A DNA stretch of 37,952 nt from Candidatus Nomurabacteria bacterium. Lineage in GTDB: Bacteria > Patescibacteriota > Minisyncoccia > Phycocordibacterales > UBA9973. Below the pieces are notes generated by a model. It was not told the DNA's origin and did no database searches. It worked only from the letters and a program-made list of their open reading frames with translations. The translations under genes and the position numbers were made by a program. Where the stretch lies: positions 89,634 through 127,585 of the forward strand of contig JAHFNJ010000002.1 of the NCBI GenBank assembly GCA_023267375.1, read 5' to 3'. This document shows positions 1 through 10,405 of the stretch, piece by piece (within the stretch, counting starts at the first letter, position 1; every line of letters begins with the position of its first letter).

Positions 1-1038
1 GATGATGCGGCCGCCTTTGTTGTCGCGGATTAGGCGTTCAAGCCCTTGGTGTACGCGAATTTCTGGAACAGCGTATCCTTCGTTTTCGATGTTGGTCGAG
101 TCGGTCAAAAGCAACAACACATTTGCGTTGTCGAAAATTTTGTACTCATTCTCTTCTTCTTCCGAAACAACACCGTCTACTTGGTCGAGCTTATAGTCAC
201 CTGGAGTAACGATCCAACCATGCGGTGTTTCAATAATGAGTCCCATAGAGTCTGGAATAGTGTGCGTAACACCGAAGAAACGAACTTTCAGATTTCCAGC
301 ACGAATGACTTCATCTTTCTCAACGATGTTTGCATTAAGTGGCGGCAGGTGGGGGAATTCACTCTGACGTTTTTTCATGAGGAGCACTGAGAGCTGGCGT
401 GAATAGACTGGCGGATTGCCGATACGAGAAAGTACGAGCGGTACGCCGCCGATGTGATCTAAGTGTCCGTGGGTGATAAAGAGCGCGCGAATTTTATCCT
501 TTCGTTCTTCAAGGTATGTTGTGTTTGGAATCATGTAATCAATACCTGGCGTATCATCATTTGCAAACTGCATACCTGCATCAATGATGATAATGTCGTC
601 GCCAATTTCAATTGCGGTCATGTTCTTGCCGATTTCTTCTACGCCTCCAAGCGGTACGATACGGATATTGCTGCCGACATCTGGAATTTTGACTGCTGGG
701 CGTGAGCGCTTCTGATCAGTTGGAGCATCAGCGGCAGCGGGGAAGGAAGGCTTCTTAGGGCCGTGTTTGCTGAATTTTGAGTATTGATAACTACCGCCGC
801 GTTCTCCGCGAGGGCGTGGTGCTCCTGTGCTCTGTGGGCGAGGAGCAGTCATGGGCCGACCACTATCATGGCGTCCGTGGTGGCGAGGCTCGGCGGTACG
901 TGGCGTTGTTGTTGCTGGACGCTGGAGGGGACGATGCTGAGCAGGAGAAGATGGGGTATTCGTATTTGGTGCATGAAAAACGCCAGTTTTAGGATGGTTT
1001 GTTCTTCGTGGACGTTGTGGTTGTTGTGGTCGGATCAT
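1..1038 (-). CDS. rnj: Ribonuclease J (metallo-beta-lactamase/beta-CASP), 5' part; runs off window edge
   Basis: Manual translation from ATG 1038 (missing from ORF track because it is open at the edge): RIVPLGGVEEIGKNM, IIIDAG, ITHGHLDHIGG, THTIPDSMG, GDYKLD, DSTN motifs of RNase J; preceded by about 120 aa of R/P/H-rich low-complexity sequence. Confidence 0.93.
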   Translation of the reverse strand, partial: MIRPQQPQRPRRTNHPKTGVFHAPNTNTPSSPAQHRPLQRPATTTPRTAEPRHHGRHDSGRPMTAPRPQSTGAPRPRGERGGSYQYSKFSKHGPKKPSFPAAADAPTDQKRSRPAVKIPDVGSNIRIVPLGGVEEIGKNMTAIEIGDDIIIIDAGMQFANDDTPGIDYMIPNTTYLEERKDKIRALFITHGHLDHIGGVPLVLSRIGNPPVYSRQLSVLLMKKRQSEFPHLPPLNANIVEKDEVIRAGNLKVRFFGVTHTIPDSMGLIIETPHGWIVTPGDYKLDQVDGVVSEEEENEYKIFDNANVLLLLTDSTNIENEGYAVPEIRVHQGLERLIRDNKGGRII

Positions 1039-1147
1039 AAGAATAGTAAGTTAGTAAACTAGTAAATTGGTAAGTTAGTAAATGCGTCCGTAAATCAACG
1101 GAGCAAGTAACATCGAGAGGCGACAGTTCTCAATGAAAATAAATAAT

Positions 1148-2902
1148 TTAATGTGCAAATATTTTCCAGACACGATCTGTCTGTACATACCATTTATAAA
1201 TATCAGAAAATCGTTCGCTCTGAATAGATACATGGGAAATATCGAGACCATTTAATTGCGGTGTGGTGACGTACACCAATTTCGGCGAATAGATAAAGAT
1301 GGCAGGCATATCTTGTCGTATAATATTTTCAAATTGCGCATACTTTTCTTTTCTTGTATCGGGATTGATTGTATCTCCAGCGCTCTCAAGTAACTTGTCA
1401 GCTTTTGCGTTGGTGTAGAGTGCAATGTTGAGTCCTGGATCTGTGCGTTGTGATGAGTGCCAGAAGGCGAAGAGATCTGATTCGTGGTTGACGATTTCTC
1501 CAAAGAAGAGTGCGTCATATTTTCGTGGACGGATGACATTTTGGTTTAGGTCACCGATCCCAAATACTTTCAAATCAACTTGTGCGCCTACTTTTTCTAG
1601 GTCTGCTTTTATAAGTTCAGCGGATTGTTTCAGTTCGGGAGTATCTCCTGTTGCTAGTGAGAATGCGAGACGCACTACTTTTTTCTTTGCGTCAGTTTTT
1701 TGACGTATGCCGTCGGCGCCCACTTTCCATCCTGCCTTATCAAGAAGTGTATTCGCTTCTTCTGTTGAGGTGGTGGCTGGAGTTATTGTTGAATCGGTGG
1801 TGTCAGCGGCTGCGCCTAAAATATTTTTTGGTACAGGGCTATCGATCGCTACTCCATACCCAGAGAGCGCTGTCGTAACGATCTGGCTCTTATCAATTGC
1901 CATCGTGAAAGCTTTGACGACATTTTTATCGGTAAATATTGTCGATTGGCTTTGGTTGAAAAAGAGAGCAAAAATGCGTGGCAGCACTGTTGTTTCGACG
2001 TTGTATCCGTCATCTTCGAGCGCGCGTGCTTCACTTCCGGTGACTGCATCAATCTGGTCAACTTCACCATTGCGATATCCCTTAAGCAGATCTCCTTCGT
2101 TTGGGTAAAATTTTATAGTGAAATGCAAAATGTGTGGACGGCCGAGTGTAAAATTTTTAAATGGAACAAATTCATATGAATCAGGAATACCCGATGATTT
2201 TTTGGTTATCTTACTGATTTCATATGGTCCTGATCCGATTGCCTTCACATTAAAATCACTGAAATTAAATTCTTCAACAGGTACATTTTTCCAGATATGA
2301 GAGGGGAGGATGCCCAACGTAGTGTTTTCGAGGAATGATGCAAATGGTTGTTTTAGGGTAAAGGTGATTGTGTGATCGTCCACTTTTGTGGCAAGCACTC
2401 CTTCCCAGTTTAGCTTTTTGGGACTCTTCAACAGAGGGTCTTTGGCCATACTAATTGTGTAGATGATATCGTCTGCTGTCACAGGTGTATTGTCATGGAA
2501 TGTTGCATTCGAGCGAAGGATAAACGTGTACGTTAGGCCGTCATTTGAGATTGTGTAACTTTCTGCAAGATCAGGAATGAGTTCACCATCTCCACTTTTA
2601 CGCATGAGTCCTGAGTAGACGAGGGCCGCAAGATCTTTTTCAGAATCCGATACTGCAAGGAGCGGGTTTACGAATCGAGGTGTTCCCACGACTCCTTCAA
2701 CAATAGTGCCTTCATCAGATGGAATAGGAACCATGAAGTTGTTATTTATATGTTGTAGAAGCAAGAGAGTGCTTCCAGTAAAAATGACGAAGAAAATATA
2801 CCAGACGAGCCACTGGGTCTTTGAAAAAGAGCGGAGCGCTTGCTCCATCTCATTTCGCTTAGGGACGCGAAACTCGCGGAAAAATCGAGAAAAGTTTTGC
2901 AT
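1148..2902 (-). CDS. OppA/DppA-family (SBP family 5) substrate-binding protein with N-terminal TM anchor
   Basis: PDLAESYTISNDGLTYTFILR..FHD..PVTADD..YT, IGSGPY and N..LY.N..AD.LLE motifs; TM helix near aa 30-52, no lipobox. Confidence 0.9.
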   Translation of the reverse strand: MQNFSRFFREFRVPKRNEMEQALRSFSKTQWLVWYIFFVIFTGSTLLLLQHINNNFMVPIPSDEGTIVEGVVGTPRFVNPLLAVSDSEKDLAALVYSGLMRKSGDGELIPDLAESYTISNDGLTYTFILRSNATFHDNTPVTADDIIYTISMAKDPLLKSPKKLNWEGVLATKVDDHTITFTLKQPFASFLENTTLGILPSHIWKNVPVEEFNFSDFNVKAIGSGPYEISKITKKSSGIPDSYEFVPFKNFTLGRPHILHFTIKFYPNEGDLLKGYRNGEVDQIDAVTGSEARALEDDGYNVETTVLPRIFALFFNQSQSTIFTDKNVVKAFTMAIDKSQIVTTALSGYGVAIDSPVPKNILGAAADTTDSTITPATTSTEEANTLLDKAGWKVGADGIRQKTDAKKKVVRLAFSLATGDTPELKQSAELIKADLEKVGAQVDLKVFGIGDLNQNVIRPRKYDALFFGEIVNHESDLFAFWHSSQRTDPGLNIALYTNAKADKLLESAGDTINPDTRKEKYAQFENIIRQDMPAIFIYSPKLVYVTTPQLNGLDISHVSIQSERFSDIYKWYVQTDRVWKIFAH

Positions 2903-3036
2903 GATAGAAATTTATTTTGAAAGCTGAGCTTGTGGGATGCATTTGCCGTCCCTACGGAACTGATGTGATATTTTTTAGTGTCTGGTTGAGCCAACAGGCG
3001 ACCCGAGGACCTGAAAAATATTATATCAGTGGAGTT

Positions 3037-3267
3037 TTATTTAATGACAGCGATAAGTGCTGAAGCTGCAAAAAGAATTGCAGTGATGATTGCCAGATAG
3101 AAGAGGAATTTCTCTAAACCGCGTTTGGTGTGGTAGGTAGTCCCGGAGTCATTGCCGCCCAATGCGCCACCAAGTCCCGCTCCAGATTGCTGGAGAAGAA
3201 TGGAGACAATCAAGATCACCGAAAGGGCAATCTGAAGCCATGGGAGAATTTTTGACACCAATGTCAT
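3037..3267 (-). CDS. secG: Preprotein translocase subunit SecG
   Basis: 76 aa, two TM helices flanking ILLQQSGAGLGGALGG and TKRGLEKFL. Confidence 0.93.
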   Translation of the reverse strand: MTLVSKILPWLQIALSVILIVSILLQQSGAGLGGALGGNDSGTTYHTKRGLEKFLFYLAIITAILFAASALIAVIK

Positions 3268-3276
3268 ATGCCAGAA

Positions 3277-3305
3277 AGTATGCCAGATTTGCCCTAAAAA
3301 AGCAA
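3277..3305 (-). promoter_or_regulatory. sigma70-type promoter of secG
   Basis: TTGCTT-17 nt-CATACT with extended TG, 9 nt before ATG. Confidence 0.6.
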
Positions 3306-3369
3306 CTTTTTAGGGCACTTTTCATAAATAATCCTTATTTTGCAAGGTTATTTTAAGGCAGCGCATCTA

Positions 3370-3398
3370 TTGACATATATCTTTATTTATGATACTCT
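3370..3398 (+). promoter_or_regulatory. sigma70-type promoter of lipoprotein gene
   Basis: TTGACA-17 nt-TACTCT with extended TG. Confidence 0.7.
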
Positions 3399-3530
3399 AT
3401 AGGCAGATTTATAGAAAAGTGGTTTTGGGGCGAATAGCCTTTATTTTGTTTTCTCCTCAAAACTGCTTTTCTATAAAGAAGTAGGGGTACACGCCGTCCC
3501 TTAACGGTTCACTAAAAACAAATAACTCTA

Positions 3531-4178
3531 ATGAAAAAGATCAATTCTCTCTTAGTGCTTGGCGTATTATTCGCCTCATGCACTTTCATGTCATGCAAGA
3601 AGGACATCAACGTAGATCCTGCATCTTTAAGCGAAACTACCGCAGACCTTGGAAGCACTGCTCGCATGGCAGCAGATGAGCTGCAGAGCTCCTGTTCCAA
3701 TGTGTACGAAGTGTTGACCCAGGAAATACAGGGGACAACTTTGGTGGAAGCCGTCGGCGGTGTCAACAAAACACAGTACGCGGTGAGCTCCATATTGATG
3801 CAACGGTGTGCTGGCTTATCTGACACAGCAAAGACCAAATGGACGGAAGTGGCCAAAAGCACACCAATGAAAGCCTGCACTGGCTGGATTAATGTGTACT
3901 TAACTGATGTGACGCTCATACCTGCCGGTACTATCTGCAGAGTGAAAGCGAAGCTCGTCAACAACGGCACCACGTACCTGAGTCTTCCCAGCATGCTTAC
4001 AATGCCGTCCTTGCGTTTAAGCAGCGGGGCAACATCGGATCTGGCTACTTTGATCGCAAATGCCAAGGAAAAAGCTGCCAAGAAGTTTGGTATTTCTGCA
4101 GATGACATCCAGGTCGTGTATTATGATTCCAGAAATGGAAACTCTGGACAGCATCCTGTATGGAAGCCGGTTAACTAA
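3531..4178 (+). CDS. Hypothetical lipoprotein with Bacteroidota-style signal (SC-KKD)
   Basis: MKK + hydrophobic core + FMS-C-KKD; own promoter and terminator; mature domain not recognised. Confidence 0.75.
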   Translation: MKKINSLLVLGVLFASCTFMSCKKDINVDPASLSETTADLGSTARMAADELQSSCSNVYEVLTQEIQGTTLVEAVGGVNKTQYAVSSILMQRCAGLSDTAKTKWTEVAKSTPMKACTGWINVYLTDVTLIPAGTICRVKAKLVNNGTTYLSLPSMLTMPSLRLSSGATSDLATLIANAKEKAAKKFGISADDIQVVYYDSRNGNSGQHPVWKPVN

Positions 4179-4208
4179 AACGGTGGCCTGAATTTTTCAT
4201 TAAAATAG

Positions 4209-4242
4209 AAAGTCCCGTAAACCTTGGTTTGCGGGACTTTTT
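4209..4242 (+). terminator. Intrinsic terminator
   Basis: aaagtcccgtaaacc-tt-ggtttgcgggacttttt hairpin plus U-tract. Confidence 0.85.
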
Positions 4243-4284
4243 GATTATAAATTAAGGGTTTTTTAGCTATTTGTGACTCCCGGC

Positions 4285-4321
4285 TATAATCGCTTGACTT
4301 CTCTTTTCCTATGAGTATAAT
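4285..4321 (+). promoter_or_regulatory. Tandem rRNA promoters
   Basis: TATAAT at 4285; TTGACT(4294)-16 nt-TATAAT(4316) upstream of the hairpin-rich 16S leader. Confidence 0.7.
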
Positions 4322-4570
4322 GGTTGGACGCCTTATATTTTCGACCATATAGTGGATATATGGGGCTGTTTGTTTCATTGAAAAATGAATAAAAATAATC
4401 ACTGCCCTGACGGTGAGTCAGGGCAATCTCCGGTCTTCATCGGCCGGAGAGCAAATGTGCCTGTGCTTTGTAAAAGAAGTGCAGGCACGCAAGAAACCAG
4501 TTTTTAGTAATTTCTTTGAGTATTCGTTTCAAACTCTATTAACAAGAATCACGAGATAAAAAAGTGAATT

Positions 4571-6348
<1,778 letters not shown>

Positions 6349-6349
<1 letters not shown>

Positions 6350-6386
6350 ACAAAAGCCCCGCGACGAAAGTCGCGGGGCTTTTGTT
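6349..6386 (+). terminator. rRNA transcript terminator
   Basis: aaaagccccgcgac-gaaa-gtcgcggggcttttgtt. Confidence 0.9.
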
Positions 6387-6514
6387 ATTCATTTGTAATT
6401 TTTTTTAATTGAGTACTTTACTTACGGAGATATCCACATTAGTATTTCCTTTTCATATCGAAACGCCGTATAATAAACGAAGTGCAAAATAAAAACCTAA
6501 CTCAACGGTTAAAC

Positions 6515-7048
6515 ATGAAGGATCAAAGAAAAGTAACTATTATTGCCGTCATTCTCCTCGTCATTATTGCCGGCGTTTTTCTCTATTTTAAAAATCATCC
6601 AATTAAAAGTAATATCCATCGCCCTGTTGTGGTTGCGAAATTACCAGTCATAAATCCATTACCAGCTAGTGCGGATGGTCTTTCTGAGGATGGTAAGAAG
6701 GCTTATGAAGAACGTAAGGCTTGGAAGGCTGCAGCTGTAGGGAATCAACCAACGCTTTCTACTGCGCAGAGCTTAGCGCTTCCTGATGGGTTTATGGCAC
6801 GTGAAGATTATTTGCTTACAGTTGTATCTCCATCAATGTCTACAAATATCCTCAATTACCGTGCAGTGATTATCCGTCCTATAAAACCACTTTCTCGTGA
6901 AGACGCCATCTTTACTGTCCCTGATGTATCAGAATTTAAAGATCATTGTCACATAACAGCTGGTCAATCTGGTGTATGTTATGGCGGAACTAACCCCCTT
7001 ACAAAGCATGCTTTTGACCTGATGTTCTACGATTTTAAAGTGCAATAA
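6515..7048 (+). CDS. Membrane-anchored hypothetical protein, paralogue of 27882..28451
   Basis: N-terminal TM helix; shared motifs NQP, AREDY, LSREDAIFT, CH, CYGGTNP.TKH.FDL; ATG 6515 preferred over GTG 6482. Confidence 0.8.
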   Translation: MKDQRKVTIIAVILLVIIAGVFLYFKNHPIKSNIHRPVVVAKLPVINPLPASADGLSEDGKKAYEERKAWKAAAVGNQPTLSTAQSLALPDGFMAREDYLLTVVSPSMSTNILNYRAVIIRPIKPLSREDAIFTVPDVSEFKDHCHITAGQSGVCYGGTNPLTKHAFDLMFYDFKVQ

Positions 7049-7064
7049 ATAAAGTATAAAGCTA

Positions 7065-7100
7065 AAAAGAAAACACCCCGATGTTGGGGTGTTTTCTTTT
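7065..7100. terminator. Bidirectional terminator between convergent genes
   Basis: aaaagaaaacacccc..ggggtgttttctttt. Confidence 0.85.
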
Positions 7101-7124
7101 TACTTAGAAAAGTAAATTTATAAT

Positions 7125-9701
7125 TTAATGGTGAGCTGGAGCATGAGAGTCCGCTTTTCGAGGAGAGAAGATTGTGCGTGATAGCATGATGAGTGCCAAG
7201 ATGACAAGGATGAGCAAGAGCCACTGTGCCAAGTTGTGAGGAAGGAATGTGTTTGATCCAAAGAGAGCTAGTCCTGCAAGTGAGTTATCGCCACCATTTG
7301 TTTTTGTGAAAGCATACGCCACTGCTTGATCTTGGTTGTTGTCTTTTTTGGTGAAGGTAAGTGTTGCAGTAGTAACAATAAGGTTTGAGTTAGTAGAATT
7401 CTCAGAAAGACGTGCGTCGATCATAACATTACCACCATCACCTGGAGCAAGCACTCCTACATTTACGGTAAGTGTATTTCCAGAATAGAAACCACTTGTT
7501 GCCTGTCGGAACGTTATTTCTCGAGGTGTTGCAACAGTTAGTACTACATTCTTCAGTGTTTGTGAGGAAATATTTTTATAGCTGACACTGAATGAGACGT
7601 CTCCGCCAACGCGCACCGTATCAAATGGTGTATCGATTTTAATTGATACAAGATTAGATGATGTGCTTGAAGAGGACGACTCTCCGTTTGTGTTTGTTGT
7701 TGTATTTGTCGTTGTTGTATTGTAGACAATCGTTTGTCCTGGTGTTGAGCTAGCTGTTGGTGTGTTGTACACAACAGTAGTTGTTCCGCCAGTCGCTCCT
7801 GTCGTGAAAGAACGAATCTCACCATAGTCTGTGCCGTTGTCATTGGCCGCGTAGAGACGGTAGTAATAGGTCGTGTTTAGTGAAAGGTTTGAAAGTGTTT
7901 CACTTAAGTTTCCTGTACTGAAGTACGGACTTGTTTGATGTGAAGTTGTTGCTGAGTTTAAGAAGTTTGGATTTGTTCCATATTGGAAGGCATAGATTGT
8001 CGCAATACCAGAAATATTCGTGAGATGGCCATTCAATGTTGCATAGCGGCCACTTACAGCTGAAGCGCCATCAGTAAACGCATTTGGTCCATCGCCATTA
8101 TCATTATGACAGTTATTGCAGGGATCATCATTTGAGTCTGTCGTAAAATGAAGTGTTTCCCCACAAAGATCACCGAATGAGTTTGAAGCACATGCGCGGA
8201 ATGAGTAACGAGTATCGTCATTCAAATTAGAAAGTGAATACGAAATATTTTTGTCTGAAGTTCCAGAACCAAGATCTTTGAAGGCAACAGTGTGGTTAAG
8301 TGAAGAACCAGATCCCCACTCAAACCAGCTTTCTGTATCATCTCCATTTGGATTGACTCGTCCACGAAGTGTAGCACTTTCTTCATCAATATTTATTGCA
8401 GAGAGTGTGTCGACAGATGGTTCATCATCTCCATTATTATTTCCATCATTTACAAATACCGTACGTGAAAGTGATTGATTTCCACTATTTCCTGAAGCAG
8501 ACAAAGTAAATGTTGTGTCGTTGTAAAGATTGTATGTTTGATAGTTGCCAGAACTTACTGGAAAAACATTTCCAATACCATGATCGATAGAAGCATAGTT
8601 ACAATCGGTGGTTCCCCAGTAGAGGGTAACAGAATCACCCGAATCTACACTACTAGATGATGTGTAGAAATAATTAATTGTACATTGTGAGACAGAATTA
8701 GTTTCTGAGTTATCAGTCGTTGAAGAACATCCAGGATCACTCGGATAGTCAATCAAACCATCGTTGTCATTATCAATTCCATCTGAACATTGATAAGTGT
8801 TGCTTGAGTTTATCTCTGAGTTATCAGTCGTTGATGAACAGCCGGGGTCACTTGGGTAGTCGATAAGTCCGTCATTGTCATTATCAAGACCATCAGCACA
8901 CTGATAAACAATCGTATTTATTTCAGAATCATCGGTTCCAGATGAACATCCAGGATCATTCGGATAGTCAATCAAACCATCGCTGTCATTATCAAGACTA
9001 TCAGAACAAGCATAGGTGGTAGTTATTGGAAGTGTCTTGAAGGGGAGTATTGGAGTTCCGTATGTTGTCCCTGCAGAATTTTTAGCCAGTGCACGGAAAT
9101 AATATGTTGTATTTGGAGACAAGCCAGAAATTGAAGCAGTAAAAGTCCCATTGTTACCGGTTTGGGGACTATACGAAAGAATTGTTGATCCAACTAAACT
9201 TGCATTGCTCGCAAACTCAAATGAGGTACTTGTAGAAGACCCATTTGCCATGAAGGCTCCGTTTAGGGTAGCGGTTGTTTGTCCCAAGCCTGTTGCAGGA
9301 TAGGTAGAAACAGAGGCAAGAGAATATCCTGTTGTTGTAAAGGTAAGAAGAGGGCTACTGAAACCTGGGCCATCAGCATTTACACCCATAGCACGGAACC
9401 AATACATGGTATTTGGTTGAAGGTTTGTGACAACAGCAGTAAATGAACCATTAGGTGCGTTCTTGGTCACATAAGGAGTACTTGAGCCAAGCATTGAAGT
9501 TGTACCATACTCAAAGCGAACATCGGTAGAAGGATTACCTCCACCAATAAATGACCCAGAAAGAGTAGCTTGTGTCTGGGTAATACTTATTGCTGGGTTG
9601 GCAATAAGGGTGGGTGCAGCGGCAAAGGCATTAGAAGCACTAAAAAGGAGGCCAAAAACGACCGCTGAAACTAATATAAATTGTTTTGTTTTGTTTTGCA
9701 T
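7125..9701 (-). CDS. Cell-surface protein: signal peptide, four FN3-like domains, three Cys/Asp Ca-binding-like repeats, DUF11-like Ig domain, C-terminal TM anchor
   Basis: AFA signal; repeated ATL.G...FEYG...L.PNT.Y.FRA...N..G...F.T; C.DG.DND.DGLIDYP.DPGCSS x3; C-terminal hydrophobic helix followed by basic residues. Confidence 0.85.
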   Translation of the reverse strand: MQNKTKQFILVSAVVFGLLFSASNAFAAAPTLIANPAISITQTQATLSGSFIGGGNPSTDVRFEYGTTSMLGSSTPYVTKNAPNGSFTAVVTNLQPNTMYWFRAMGVNADGPGFSSPLLTFTTTGYSLASVSTYPATGLGQTTATLNGAFMANGSSTSTSFEFASNASLVGSTILSYSPQTGNNGTFTASISGLSPNTTYYFRALAKNSAGTTYGTPILPFKTLPITTTYACSDSLDNDSDGLIDYPNDPGCSSGTDDSEINTIVYQCADGLDNDNDGLIDYPSDPGCSSTTDNSEINSSNTYQCSDGIDNDNDGLIDYPSDPGCSSTTDNSETNSVSQCTINYFYTSSSSVDSGDSVTLYWGTTDCNYASIDHGIGNVFPVSSGNYQTYNLYNDTTFTLSASGNSGNQSLSRTVFVNDGNNNGDDEPSVDTLSAINIDEESATLRGRVNPNGDDTESWFEWGSGSSLNHTVAFKDLGSGTSDKNISYSLSNLNDDTRYSFRACASNSFGDLCGETLHFTTDSNDDPCNNCHNDNGDGPNAFTDGASAVSGRYATLNGHLTNISGIATIYAFQYGTNPNFLNSATTSHQTSPYFSTGNLSETLSNLSLNTTYYYRLYAANDNGTDYGEIRSFTTGATGGTTTVVYNTPTASSTPGQTIVYNTTTTNTTTNTNGESSSSSTSSNLVSIKIDTPFDTVRVGGDVSFSVSYKNISSQTLKNVVLTVATPREITFRQATSGFYSGNTLTVNVGVLAPGDGGNVMIDARLSENSTNSNLIVTTATLTFTKKDNNQDQAVAYAFTKTNGGDNSLAGLALFGSNTFLPHNLAQWLLLILVILALIMLSRTIFSPRKADSHAPAHH

Positions 9702-9740
9702 AATTTGGGTTCGCAGATAGTTATATAATCTGACCAGGGT

Positions 9741-9769
9741 ATTGTATCATTTTAAAGTATATTTGTCAA
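9741..9769 (-). promoter_or_regulatory. sigma70-type promoter of surface protein gene
   Basis: TTGACA-17 nt-TACAAT with extended TG on minus strand. Confidence 0.75.
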
Positions 9770-9856
9770 TACCCCTTTATTTCCTTAAAAAAGCTACCTA
9801 CCGAAGACGGCATGACGTATCTTTACTTACAAAATGATTTGGCTATAATGGGAGAG

Positions 9857-10221
9857 CTTTATGTTGGATAGTTACTTCTTGGTTTTGCCAAGAGGAGGAA
9901 AGTCCGAACACAGCCCTTCATGTAATTGAAGGGAGCAGGGTAGCGGGTAATTCCCGTCTGGAGTAATCCACGAGGTGCGAGCAGTGACGCCGATGCCGAA
10001 AGGCTAGGGTTCCCCGCCAGAACGATTCGTCGGGCTGGCTTCGGGAATATGTCCATGGAAACATGGAAGTGAAACGGCTAAATCCTTACTTCTGTGCAAG
10101 GCCGTACTCCAGTATGAAAGTACTGGTTTGTGCCGCTCGAGCTTATCAGTAATGATAGGCCCAGATAAATGACTATCGTCTGTTGAAAGGCAGATACAGA
10201 ATTCGGCTTATAGGCATAAAG
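9857..10221 (+). ncRNA. rnpB: RNase P RNA
   Basis: GAGGAAAGTCCGAA and ACAGAATTCGGCTTA (P4), GTGAAACGGCTAAATCC, AGATAAATGACT; P1 ctttatgtt/ggcataaag; TATAAT at 9844. Confidence 0.96.
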
Positions 10222-10229
10222 TAGACAAC

Positions 10230-10260
10230 GAAAAAAGCGTCCTAATCGGACGCTTTTTTC
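10230..10260 (+). terminator. rnpB terminator
   Basis: gaaaaaagcgtcc-taatc-ggacgcttttttc. Confidence 0.9.
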
Positions 10261-10319
10261 TATGGGTAAGGGCTTTGTTTCGGTTGCGTCTCCTAGTGTG
10301 AAGGCATAGCAGTACGCTA

Positions 10320-10348
10320 TTGACTAATAGCAATTTTTATGCTAATGT
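10320..10348 (+). promoter_or_regulatory. sigma70-type promoter
   Basis: TTGACT-17 nt-TAATGT with extended TG. Confidence 0.65.
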
Positions 10349-10405
10349 TAAAGCGAATTGACAATTATATAACTCTAAATCAAATATCTAAAACAAACAG
10401 TGTAA

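Noticed and set aside
2940-2968. SRP RNA domain IV-like motif (CAGUUCCGUAGGGACGGCA on minus strand)
   Set aside because: Deviates from CAGG..GNRA..AGCAG and has no long enclosing rod; kept only as an unknown leader
3512-4108. 198-aa antisense ORF
   Set aside because: The + strand ORF has the signal peptide, promoter and terminator
9859-10056. 65-aa minus-strand ORF
   Set aside because: Antisense to RNase P RNA
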